From: an uncultured virus (IMG/VR IMGVR_UViG_3300005440_000007)
Taxonomy: Duplodnaviria; Heunggongvirae; Uroviricota; Caudoviricetes
Virus record (IMG/VR): IMGVR_UViG_3300005440_000007
DNA: 32,355 nt
Reading direction: 5' to 3' (one strand)
Part shown: one piece after another, positions 19,088 to 26,659 of the stretch
Numbering within the stretch: position 1 is the stretch's first letter
How the letters are laid out: every line of letters begins with the position of its first letter
The notes under the pieces: model-generated
The model's database searches: none
What the model saw: the letters and a program-made list of their open reading frames with translations, nothing else
What the model was told of the DNA's origin: nothing
Program-made: the position numbers and the translations under genes

Positions 19088-20458
19088 GTGAAGCTGTACA
19101 CCTACACCACAGAGAGAAGCCTGGCGCGCATGGCGCTCAAAGGCATGCCCAGATTCTTCCCCATGTGGGGCTCGGTCGCTCCAGCCTCGGAAATGGCCGA
19201 GATGGACAAAACACCGAAGGACATCCCGGTGGTTCTTGAGATCGACATAGACGGCCTTGAAAGCATTCTCGCCGTCAGCCCCGAGCGCGTCGAGGACGTC
19301 GCGTCAATGGCCCAGGACGATGTCGAGAACGATCCGGATCTTCCGGAGGGCCAGAAGACCGAGGCGGCAGCGGAAAAAGCCTATTCGGACGTTTACGACG
19401 CCGCCGAGAACCTTTCCAGTGTCGAGGATATGATCGAAAAGTTCGACGTGGTGGAGAATACTGAGGAGATCGACCCCTCCCGGATAAAAGTTCTCGGAAT
19501 TCCCGACATCCAATACCCGGACGACGTCGAGGAAGAGCCGAAAGTTTCTTTCGAAGAGTCTCCCAGGCCCCTCAAGGCCTACAAGCAGCCGCTCGTGACG
19601 CGGCTTCTTCGGTCCATCTTCCTCCCGCGGCACAAGCTTTACGGAGCCCATAAGCGCCGACGTCCCATGATGGGCTTGATTTCGAGATTCATCCCAAGGG
19701 CCCAGGAAGAGGAAGTTTTCGAGGAGCCCCCAGCCGATGTCGTGGATGGGATTCCTCTCGTCTGGGCTTCGGGCAAGACCTTCAGGCGCGGCATGCGCGG
19801 AGCATTCGGCCCCGAGGACGGCGACGCGATCGCGCAGATGGTCGCCCTCCGCGTTGGCCGGGAGCCGGGGAAATACCTGGGAAGCGGGGCGCGCGGCGCC
19901 GCCTACTCCCTCGAAAAGAACCGAGCTCTCAAGGTGACGATGGACGGGAATGAGATTTTCGCCGCGGCGAATCTCATTGGGATCCGACATCCGAATCTCG
20001 CGACCGTGTATGACGTCTTCATCGTGACGGATGGGAAGGCAGGTGCCGGGATCATCGTCCGGGATGCAATCGACACGACGCTCGATAAGTTCGATCCAAA
20101 AGCGGCGGACGCCCTTGACAAGGTCATGGACGACGCCTTTCTTTCGGCGAGCGAGAAAATCGAGCGGGACGCCTCGAGCATAGCCGACATCGACCCGGAT
20201 ATCCTTGCCCAAGAGCTTGAGATGGCGATCGACGTCCTTCGGGAGATCGGATGCGATCTCAAGACCGACGCAGTTCTCGATCTTGCGGACGCCTTCCGAG
20301 AACTCCGTCATCTTGGGATCGTCGGGATCGACTTTGATTCCGGAAACATCGGGATCGTTCGGAAGCCGAAGCCGAGGGCTGTAATTTTCGACTACGGCAT
20401 GACAAAGTCACCAGCCGTCCAGATCGAAGTTCTCAGCCTCGAGCAAATGCAGCGGTGA
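19088..20458 (+). CDS. protein with C-terminal protein-kinase-like domain
   Basis: YLGSGARGAAY Gly loop, ALKVT, HPNLATVYDV, DFDSGNIG catalytic-loop-like, VIFDYG. Confidence 0.75.
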   Translation: MKLYTYTTERSLARMALKGMPRFFPMWGSVAPASEMAEMDKTPKDIPVVLEIDIDGLESILAVSPERVEDVASMAQDDVENDPDLPEGQKTEAAAEKAYSDVYDAAENLSSVEDMIEKFDVVENTEEIDPSRIKVLGIPDIQYPDDVEEEPKVSFEESPRPLKAYKQPLVTRLLRSIFLPRHKLYGAHKRRRPMMGLISRFIPRAQEEEVFEEPPADVVDGIPLVWASGKTFRRGMRGAFGPEDGDAIAQMVALRVGREPGKYLGSGARGAAYSLEKNRALKVTMDGNEIFAAANLIGIRHPNLATVYDVFIVTDGKAGAGIIVRDAIDTTLDKFDPKAADALDKVMDDAFLSASEKIERDASSIADIDPDILAQELEMAIDVLREIGCDLKTDAVLDLADAFRELRHLGIVGIDFDSGNIGIVRKPKPRAVIFDYGMTKSPAVQIEVLSLEQMQR

Positions 20459-20461
20459 GAG

Positions 20462-21019
20462 ATGCCAAAGCCAGAGGCCCTTGTCCTGGTCACGGTTCCC
20501 AATAAGCTGATGAGCGCCCTCAGGGCCTACTGGGCGGAGCTCGATCTTGATCGGGGACCAAGATCGACGCATTTCTGGGACCTCAGGTTCGCGGCGGTCA
20601 ATCGTTGGAAGTCGGATGACTCCTGGCCGGCGCATATTCACTACACGCTGATATTCCGTCGCGGGGACAACCTGGACGACCTCGAGCATGTCCAGAAGCA
20701 CGGCTCCTTCCCAGCAGATCCAAGGGCCTGGAAGATTCTCTTCGACAAGGGGACCTTCCCCGAGAGCTTCAATCCCGAGTTCGATCAGTGGATGCGAGAG
20801 AACATGGGGAAGATTTCGGAGGTTGAGGACAAGAGGGGACAGAAGGAAGCTTGGGCCTATGTAGAAAAGCACGGGCCGATCCAGTACATTCCAAATCCGG
20901 AGAACTGGACGCCGGAAAAAGCCGCCCAGGAGCTCCACAACGTCATTCCCAAGGCCATCGAACTGTTCGAAAGCGAGAGGCTTCCGATCGACTGGAAACC
21001 CAAGGGATACATCGTGTAG
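20462..21019 (+). CDS. hypothetical protein
   Basis: 185-aa ORF in operon context. Confidence 0.7.
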   Translation: MPKPEALVLVTVPNKLMSALRAYWAELDLDRGPRSTHFWDLRFAAVNRWKSDDSWPAHIHYTLIFRRGDNLDDLEHVQKHGSFPADPRAWKILFDKGTFPESFNPEFDQWMRENMGKISEVEDKRGQKEAWAYVEKHGPIQYIPNPENWTPEKAAQELHNVIPKAIELFESERLPIDWKPKGYIV

Positions 21020-21064
21020 ACTAAGCGGGTCGGATTCATATTTTCGAACTACGAGGAGATCGCG

Positions 21065-21241
21065 ATGGCCAAGAGGAAGATCAGCCCCCAGCTCAAGGCG
21101 TACAGCTCCTGCGTCAAGGATCTGGGCCTCAATCCCCGGATGATGCAGAAGGGGGCGAAGAACGCCGCCAAGAACAAGCAGGCCCTCAAGACCTGTGCCA
21201 TCAAGAAGCTCGAGAAGATGGGAATCAAGCCCAAGAAGTAA
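21065..21241 (+). CDS. 58-aa Lys-rich basic protein (not in ORF track)
   Basis: GAGGAG SD; MAKRKISPQLKAYSSCVKDLGLNPRMMQKGAKNAAKNKQALKTCAIKKLEKMGIKPKK. Confidence 0.75.
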   Translation: MAKRKISPQLKAYSSCVKDLGLNPRMMQKGAKNAAKNKQALKTCAIKKLEKMGIKPKK

Positions 21242-21244
21242 GTC

Positions 21245-21694
21245 GTGGCAAAACGGAAGGAACATCCGCTCGTCGGGACCTACGTCAAGGCAGTCTCCCG
21301 GATGAAACACGACGAGCTTGAGGTGCGTGGCTGGTCTCAATCTCCCGCCGTGATCACCCTGGAAGGCCGTCGCAACGAGACTTATCGGCTTTTCCCGACA
21401 AGCGACGAAGAGGGGAACGAGCCCGGCGTCATTTTCGGGGACTCTCCCCAGGCGGCGTTCTACCTGTTCGGAAGCATCGACGACCAGAAGATGCTGCAAG
21501 GGCTTCTGGTCCACGAAGTGCGACCCATGACCAAACAGGAGCTCGAGAAGCAGGGCTGGGACATTCCATCGTGGGACAAGCCTCCCCTGGCGCTCGTTTT
21601 CCGAAGCATGATCCTCTATCCATCCAAGGACGCGGAAGGAAACGGACCGGGCTTCTGGAGAGTGGACACCCATTCCATGGAAGACTCCTTGTAG
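21245..21694 (+). CDS. hypothetical protein made of two tandem homologous domains
   Basis: M...ELE..GW ... L(F/Y)P..D.EGN.PG occurs twice. Confidence 0.7.
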   Translation: MAKRKEHPLVGTYVKAVSRMKHDELEVRGWSQSPAVITLEGRRNETYRLFPTSDEEGNEPGVIFGDSPQAAFYLFGSIDDQKMLQGLLVHEVRPMTKQELEKQGWDIPSWDKPPLALVFRSMILYPSKDAEGNGPGFWRVDTHSMEDSL

Positions 21695-21702
21695 GCCTAT
21701 CC

Positions 21703-21957
21703 ATGCTGAAGCGTATAGGACCGGTCAGTCTTCGACTCCTGGAAAACGGATCGGCCGACATCGAGATCTGGGTCCGGATCTCCCCGGGGAATGAGTGGAA
21801 GGGAACGGCGGCGTTCCCACTCGTGATGGCGGGAGAGGCTCGGAATTGGATCGAGCTTGTCGAGACTCCGAACGACCTGGAGGATTTGATTCGGGAGTTC
21901 TGCGATGCCCAGGCCTGGGGATCCTACCAGAACTTCAGAGATCTGAACGGATTCTGA
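21703..21957 (+). CDS. hypothetical protein
   Basis: fills the gap before the PAPS-reductase-family gene. Confidence 0.55.
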   Translation: MLKRIGPVSLRLLENGSADIEIWVRISPGNEWKGTAAFPLVMAGEARNWIELVETPNDLEDLIREFCDAQAWGSYQNFRDLNGF

Positions 21958-21958
21958 G

Positions 21959-22963
21959 ATGGCTCTACCGACAGAGATCCGAGAGGACACGTCCGAGCTC
22001 CTTCCCTTCGATCGCTATGATCACGTCATCGTCTCTTTCTCCGGGGGAAAGGATTCCTTGGCCTGCGTCCTCTATGCCCTCGAGCTGGGGATCCCGAAGG
22101 AAAAGATAGAGCTCTGGCATCAGGCCGTTGACGGGAAACCCGGCGTCGATCCTCGCTTCTTCGACTGGCCATGCACGGAAAGCTACTGCAGAGATGTCGC
22201 CCGAGTTCTTGGTCTTCCGATCAAGTTCCAGTGGAGAGACGGCGGATTTGAGCGGGAGATCAACAAGCAGGATGCGCCGACGGCGAAGATCGGATTCGAG
22301 CTTCCAGACGGCTCGATCGGCCAGGCCGGCGGGACGGGGGAGCCCAATACGCGCCTCATGTTCCCGGCCGCGGTGGCCGACCTTCGGACCAGGTGGTGCT
22401 CGGCGATCCTCAAGATCGACGTGGCGACCTCGGCCATCAACAACGATCCGAGATTCAAGACCGGAAAAATTCTCGAAATCACTGGAGAGAGGCGTCAGGA
22501 ATCGAACAATCGTGCAAGGTACGCTGAAGTCGAGAAGCACAAGTCGACTACTCAGTCCAGGCGCGTCGATCAGTGGCGCGCGATCATCGACTGGCCTGAA
22601 GAACGCGTCTGGGAAATCATCCAACGCTGGGGGATCCGCGCGCACCCTGCCTATCACCTTGGCTGGGGACGGGTTTCCTGCATGTTCTGCATCTTCGGGA
22701 ATCCCGACCAGTGGGCGAGCGCAAATGCGGTCAACCCAAGGATGTTCTGGCGGATCCTGAACTACGAACGGCAGTTCGGTCGAACGATCCAGCAGGGCGG
22801 CGACATCGAGCGCCTTGCATCGAAGGGGAAGAGCTATGTCCCGGACGATCCGGAGATGATTCGAATCGCGATGAGCGACGAGGTCCCCCACGGGTACGCC
22901 CAGGCCGGCGCCGCCTGGACGATGCCGTTCGGCGCGTTCAAGAGAAGCGGCGGGCCGCTCTGA
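21959..22963 (+). CDS. phosphoadenosine phosphosulfate reductase family (PP-loop) protein, phage type
   Basis: VSFSGGKDS PP-loop, RWCSAILKI, GERRQES..RA, HPAY.LG.GRVSCMFCIF. Confidence 0.85.
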   Translation: MALPTEIREDTSELLPFDRYDHVIVSFSGGKDSLACVLYALELGIPKEKIELWHQAVDGKPGVDPRFFDWPCTESYCRDVARVLGLPIKFQWRDGGFEREINKQDAPTAKIGFELPDGSIGQAGGTGEPNTRLMFPAAVADLRTRWCSAILKIDVATSAINNDPRFKTGKILEITGERRQESNNRARYAEVEKHKSTTQSRRVDQWRAIIDWPEERVWEIIQRWGIRAHPAYHLGWGRVSCMFCIFGNPDQWASANAVNPRMFWRILNYERQFGRTIQQGGDIERLASKGKSYVPDDPEMIRIAMSDEVPHGYAQAGAAWTMPFGAFKRSGGPL

Positions 22964-23032
22964 CCGTGAATCCTTTGGATGTTTCAGCGGCTCCGTGGTA
23001 GAGTGAAAGTCGTAGAGGTTCGGAGGCGGAGA

Positions 23033-23230
23033 ATGACCACCCCAGGACGCAATCCGGCGACCAAATCCATGGGACAGGTCCCCCTCAATCTGGGCCCGTC
23101 GTCCTGGGGCGGCGGGATGGGTCCAGTGGCGTCAGGACCGCCCAAGTGCCCGCCGGGAATGACTGCAGGCCCTCGCGGGCTTTGTCGGCCCACGACGACG
23201 ACGCTCGGCAAAGGTCGTCTTTCTCGGTAG
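23033..23230 (+). CDS. small Gly/Pro-rich protein
   Basis: GGAGG SD; GRNPATKSMGQVPLNLGPSSWG, CPPG...C. Confidence 0.6.
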   Translation: MTTPGRNPATKSMGQVPLNLGPSSWGGGMGPVASGPPKCPPGMTAGPRGLCRPTTTTLGKGRLSR

Positions 23231-23234
23231 GACG

Positions 23235-24056
23235 ATGCGCCCCTTCCTTGGTCGGGTTCCCCTAAGGGCTTCCGGATCTCGATCTCTTGGCCAGGTCGAA
23301 TTCACGGATCCGTGGGGCGGTTTTCATCGGGTTACCATAGAGCCCGCCCCCGTCCCGGAAGAGGTACCTCCCTTCAACGCCCCCTTTTCCGAGGAGTCGC
23401 GCTTGAGGGATCAGCGCGAAGAGTCCTATCGTCGAAAAATCGACGCGAAGAGGCGGGAGTGTGATTTCCTCGACAAGAATTCAGAGGACTACAGGGAGCA
23501 CTACGAAGGCCTGGAAGATCCGAGCGACGAGGACTACCAGGCTTACTCCCATTCGGTTGACGCCTACAACGAATGTCTCGACAAAATCGACGCGCTCATA
23601 GATGAGATGAACACTGCACCGGTGGATTTTGGCGTGACTCCTCAGGGCACCGGATATCAGTGGCCGCAGGAAGTTCCGGAGCCCACGGGCAGGCCTTTCG
23701 ATCCAGGAGAACAGCCCTACGTTCATCAGCCAGAAGATTATCCGCCCGTGCCATCCGTCGACTGGGAGTGGCCTGAAGAAGTTCCACAGCCGCCAGAAGT
23801 CGTTCCTGAACCCGAGCCGCCGGAGATCGTAGAGCAGCCCCCGACGACGGTTGCAAGCGTCGACTGGAGAACGAGCGGCTGCCCCGCAGGGACCCAGAGA
23901 CTGGTTCGTGGCGGGATGTGTGTCTCTTCGGGTCTCGTTTCGACGGCCTTCTCAATGCCGCAGACGACGGTCCCCCTTTCTACTCAAGCGATGACGACGC
24001 CTTCGTCGGCGTACCTCGGTCGCGTGCGTCTCGCGCAGCGTCCTGGCGCCTTCTAG
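23235..24056 (+). CDS. acidic Pro-rich protein with basic LG-motif termini
   Basis: MRPFLGRVPL..SRSLGQ, W(P/E)xEVP repeats, CPAG...C, AYLGRVRLAQ. Confidence 0.75.
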   Translation: MRPFLGRVPLRASGSRSLGQVEFTDPWGGFHRVTIEPAPVPEEVPPFNAPFSEESRLRDQREESYRRKIDAKRRECDFLDKNSEDYREHYEGLEDPSDEDYQAYSHSVDAYNECLDKIDALIDEMNTAPVDFGVTPQGTGYQWPQEVPEPTGRPFDPGEQPYVHQPEDYPPVPSVDWEWPEEVPQPPEVVPEPEPPEIVEQPPTTVASVDWRTSGCPAGTQRLVRGGMCVSSGLVSTAFSMPQTTVPLSTQAMTTPSSAYLGRVRLAQRPGAF

Positions 24057-24075
24057 AATCTCAATTTTTTTCCGC

Positions 24076-24104
24076 TTGACACCGAACCTTTCGGCGGCTA
24101 CGTT
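24076..24104 (+). promoter_or_regulatory. sigma70 promoter of the tRNA array leader
   Basis: TTGACA-17-TACGTT with an upstream T tract. Confidence 0.75.
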
Positions 24105-24145
24105 GTTCATGTAACAAGACCGCGAAACTAGGAGACGAACCTTCC

Positions 24146-24310
24146 GTGATGTCAAGACCCTGCGTCCGAGATCAAAGGCCAACGACGGGAGAGATCCTCC
24201 ATCGGCAGGCCTGGTCTCTGTTCGTGGGTTCGTATTCCCCGGCGACGAGCAACAAGCCCGCCGGGAATCGAACCATCGAACAGACGGGCGCGGGGGCGAT
24301 GGTCGAATGA
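24146..24310 (+). CDS. putative attenuator leader peptide sampling all 20 amino acids (not in ORF track)
   Basis: AGGAGA SD 24130-24135; GTG24146/ATG24149 to TGA24310; MSRPCVRDQRPTTGEILHRQAWSLFVGSYSPATSNKPAGNRTIEQTGAGAMVE. Confidence 0.7.
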   Translation: MMSRPCVRDQRPTTGEILHRQAWSLFVGSYSPATSNKPAGNRTIEQTGAGAMVE

Positions 24311-24347
24311 AGTAAAGCCCGGAGAAAAAAGACAACCCCCGCGCCCG
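24285..24347 (+). promoter_or_regulatory. antiterminator pairing
   Basis: CGGGCGCGGGGG (24285-24296) is the exact reverse complement of terminator 5' arm CCCCCGCGCCCG (24336-24347). Confidence 0.75.
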
Positions 24348-24368
24348 AAAGGACGCGGGGGTTTTTTT
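24334..24368 (+). terminator. intrinsic terminator (attenuator) upstream of the tRNA array
   Basis: AACCCCCGCG-CCCGAAAGGA-CGCGGGGGTT stem ending in a 7-T run (24362-24368). Confidence 0.85.
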
Positions 24369-24629
24369 GTTGTACCCACCGACCGGTGAAGGTCGGTGGG
24401 CGGATGCAAGGGACTCAGGACGCCATCGGCTTCGGCCGGGCCCCTGAGCCAGGAAGCCGCGGCGCGTTGGCGCGCGCCGCACTTGAAAATCGGGCTGGAA
24501 CGACAAAGATCGGAAGGGGAGGCCCATCCGGGAAGGGTGGGCCTCCCCGACCTCAATGCCAGGCCGCCATACGCTCAGGAATCGAGTATACGCGAGGGGG
24601 ACGAAATCTTCAAGCGCATGGCGCGCCTT

Positions 24630-24703
24630 CCGCCTGTAGCTCAACAGCAGAGCGTCTGGTTTCCACCCAGATGATGCCGGTGCGACTCCGGTCAGGCGGT
24701 CCA
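24630..24703 (+). tRNA. tRNA-Gly(TCC)
   Basis: cloverleaf, CCA end, T-loop TGCGACT. Confidence 0.9.
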
Positions 24704-24706
24704 TCT

Positions 24707-24781
24707 GCGGGCGTAGCGTAGGAGCAACGCGTCTCCTTCCCAAGGAGAAGATCGCGGGTGCAAGTCCCGCCGCCCGCTCCA
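24707..24781 (+). tRNA. tRNA-Gly(CCC)
   Basis: cloverleaf, CCA, T-loop TGCAAGT. Confidence 0.9.
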
Positions 24782-24782
24782 C

Positions 24783-24856
24783 ATGCCGGTGGTGTAGCAG
24801 CAGCATCGCTGTTTCCAAGTCAGCGGGTAGAGGTGCGACTCCTCTCCGGCATGCCA
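24783..24856 (+). tRNA. tRNA-Trp(CCA)
   Basis: cloverleaf, loop TTCCAAG, G73, CCA. Confidence 0.85.
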
Positions 24857-24867
24857 AAATTGAAAAC

Positions 24868-24943
24868 GCCTCTGTAGGGGAGTGGAGTCCCCGCCTCCCT
24901 GTCACGGAGGAGACCGTGGGTTCGAATCCCATCAGGGGCGCCA
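24868..24943 (+). tRNA. tRNA-Asp(GTC)
   Basis: canonical cloverleaf, G73, CCA. Confidence 0.95.
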
Positions 24944-24981
24944 AGCTTCGGGCGTGGTCGCTTGTGCGTGTCGCCCTTTAT

Positions 24982-25055
24982 TCCCACGTCGTCTAAAGGT
25001 AGGACTGCGGTCTCTGAATCCGCCAATCGTGGTTCGAGTCCACGCGTGGGAACCA
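24982..25055 (+). tRNA. tRNA-Gln(CTG)
   Basis: canonical cloverleaf, U1-A72, CCA. Confidence 0.93.
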
Positions 25056-25059
25056 AGCT

Positions 25060-25383
25060 TTAGAGGCCGAAGCGATCCTTGATTTCCCTCTCGAGGCGAC
25101 GATACGGGGTCGTTCCGTCGATCTGGTAGAACTTCTTCCCGTCCTTGAAAAAGACAAGGGCGGGGATCGACGCGATCTCGTATCTCTCGGTCGCTTTTGG
25201 CGCCTCGTCGATATCGGCGCCGACGATCAGGACTTGACCCTTGAGCTCCTGGGCGAGTCGCTCGATCACGGGCTTGGCGGCCTTGCAGCCCGGGCACCAG
25301 GTGGCCCAGAACTCGATGATCGCGAACGGAGCTTTCAGGGCTTCTTCGAAGTTCGCGTCGGTGACCTGCAGAAGTTCGTTCAT
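25060..25383 (-). CDS. trxA: thioredoxin
   Basis: VTDANFE, EFWATWCPGCK, YEIASIPALVFFKDGK; antisense inside the array. Confidence 0.92.
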   Translation of the reverse strand: MNELLQVTDANFEEALKAPFAIIEFWATWCPGCKAAKPVIERLAQELKGQVLIVGADIDEAPKATERYEIASIPALVFFKDGKKFYQIDGTTPYRRLEREIKDRFGL

Positions 25384-25473
25384 AAGTTCCCCCTTGCCGG
25401 GGAATTCTAGCCTATTTTTCATTCCCTGTCACATCCCTATTCGGAGGCGCGCGATACCTTCAGGAGGTACCGC

Positions 25474-25665
25474 ATGACGAATCGGGAGAAACTCATCCGA
25501 GGGATCACGGAGTACGGACGAACGATCCAGGTGGACGGATGGCAGGCGGGGGAAGCCGTCATCCGGAAATACGAATCCAGGATCCCGGACTTCAGGCGTT
25601 GGGCCTATGCCCTCGGGATCCTGCTCAGAGCGGAAGAATTACTCGCCGGTCTAGCTCAGCAGTAG
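25474..25665 (+). CDS. hypothetical protein; last codons overlap tRNA-Phe
   Basis: AGGAGG SD before ATG. Confidence 0.6.
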   Translation: MTNREKLIRGITEYGRTIQVDGWQAGEAVIRKYESRIPDFRRWAYALGILLRAEELLAGLAQQ

Positions 25666-25719
25666 AGCGCCCGTCTGAAAAGCGGGAGGCGTCCGGGGCA
25701 GCACCGGAGGCCGGCACCA
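25645..25719 (+). tRNA. tRNA-Phe(GAA)
   Basis: cloverleaf, CCA, T-loop GGCAGCA. Confidence 0.87.
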
Positions 25720-25793
25720 GGGTCCATCGTCTAGCAGGAGGACGCGAGCGTGGCACGCTCGAGGCGGGAGTGCGATTCTCCCTGGATCCACCA
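25720..25793 (+). tRNA. tRNA-Ala(GGC)
   Basis: cloverleaf with G3:U70, CCA. Confidence 0.9.
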
Positions 25794-25798
25794 AAGCT

Positions 25799-25876
25799 TG
25801 CAGAGGAGAGGCATCCGGTGACCTCGCTTGGCTCATAACCAAGAGCTTGCGGGTTCGAATCCCGCCTCTGCTACCA
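25799..25876 (+). tRNA. tRNA-Met(CAT), initiator-like
   Basis: 1:72 mismatch (U/U), CTCATAA loop, TTCGAAT, CCA. Confidence 0.87.
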
Positions 25877-25906
25877 ATCTTCGGGGCCAAAGGGTTATAA
25901 TCCTGC

Positions 25907-26488
25907 GTGCCCAAGTACACGGCCAACTGGTTCCCGGCGGACGTTTTCGTGAAGTTCTGCCCAGGCCTAAAGGGAAAACAGAATCTCAGGTTCCTCGAGA
26001 TCGGCGTCTTCGAAGGTCAGGGAACGAGGTTCTTTTTCGAGAAGCTTCTGGGGCCGACGGGGACCTTGGTCGGGATCGATCCATTCATCGAGTACTCCAA
26101 GTCGACGGTAGCGAAGATCCCTGGATTCGACCATCTCATGAATGGATCGGTAGAGGAGCGGTTCCGGTCCAACACGGCAGAATTCGCTGCAAGGATCACG
26201 ATCCACAAAGGCTTGAGCCAGAACGTCCTTCCCGGCCTTCCAAGCCAGAGCTTCGACCTTTCCTTCGTCGATGGGGATCACAGTCGGGACGCGGTCGCCT
26301 TCGACGCGCTCCACTCCATGAGGCTCGTCAAAAAGGGCGGCTACATCGTCTTCGACGACTACGGCTGGGGATACAAAGATCGTCCGGAGACGTGCCCTAA
26401 GCCGGCGATCGACAAGTTCCTCATGCAGTACTCCAAGCAGCTCAACGTCCTCTTCAAGCAGTGGTGCGTCGTAGTCCAGAAAAAGTGA
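25907..26488 (+). CDS. class I SAM-dependent methyltransferase (Methyltransf_24-like)
   Basis: FLEIGVFEG, GIDPF, FDLSFVDGDH, LVKKGGYIVFDDY. Confidence 0.88.
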   Translation: MPKYTANWFPADVFVKFCPGLKGKQNLRFLEIGVFEGQGTRFFFEKLLGPTGTLVGIDPFIEYSKSTVAKIPGFDHLMNGSVEERFRSNTAEFAARITIHKGLSQNVLPGLPSQSFDLSFVDGDHSRDAVAFDALHSMRLVKKGGYIVFDDYGWGYKDRPETCPKPAIDKFLMQYSKQLNVLFKQWCVVVQKK

Positions 26489-26498
26489 GATCATTCCA

Positions 26499-26573
26499 GG
26501 GCCCATAGCTCAACCAGAAGAGCAGCCGGTTCGCAATCGGCAGACGGCGGGGCAGCACCGCCTGGGTCCACCA
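26499..26573 (+). tRNA. tRNA-Ala(CGC)
   Basis: cloverleaf, G3:U70, T-loop GGCAGCA, CCA. Confidence 0.88.
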
Positions 26574-26575
26574 AC

Positions 26576-26651
26576 GGGTCCGTAGCTCAATCAGGAGAGC
26601 GCCTGCTTTGCAAGCAGGAGGCAGCGGGAGCAAAGCCCGCCGGATCCACCA
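26576..26651 (+). tRNA. tRNA-Ala(TGC)
   Basis: cloverleaf, G3:U70, T-loop AGCAAAG, CCA. Confidence 0.88.
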
Positions 26652-26659
26652 ATCTTCCA

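Noticed and set aside
24110..24560. T-box riboswitch as the array regulator
   Set aside because: No T-box consensus precedes the terminator; the AGGGTGG near 24534 lies downstream, inside a hairpin, and lacks the following ACC.
23952..24944. 330-aa minus-strand ORF and other ORFs spanning tRNA genes
   Set aside because: They are translations of tRNA and leader sequence, a common annotation artefact.
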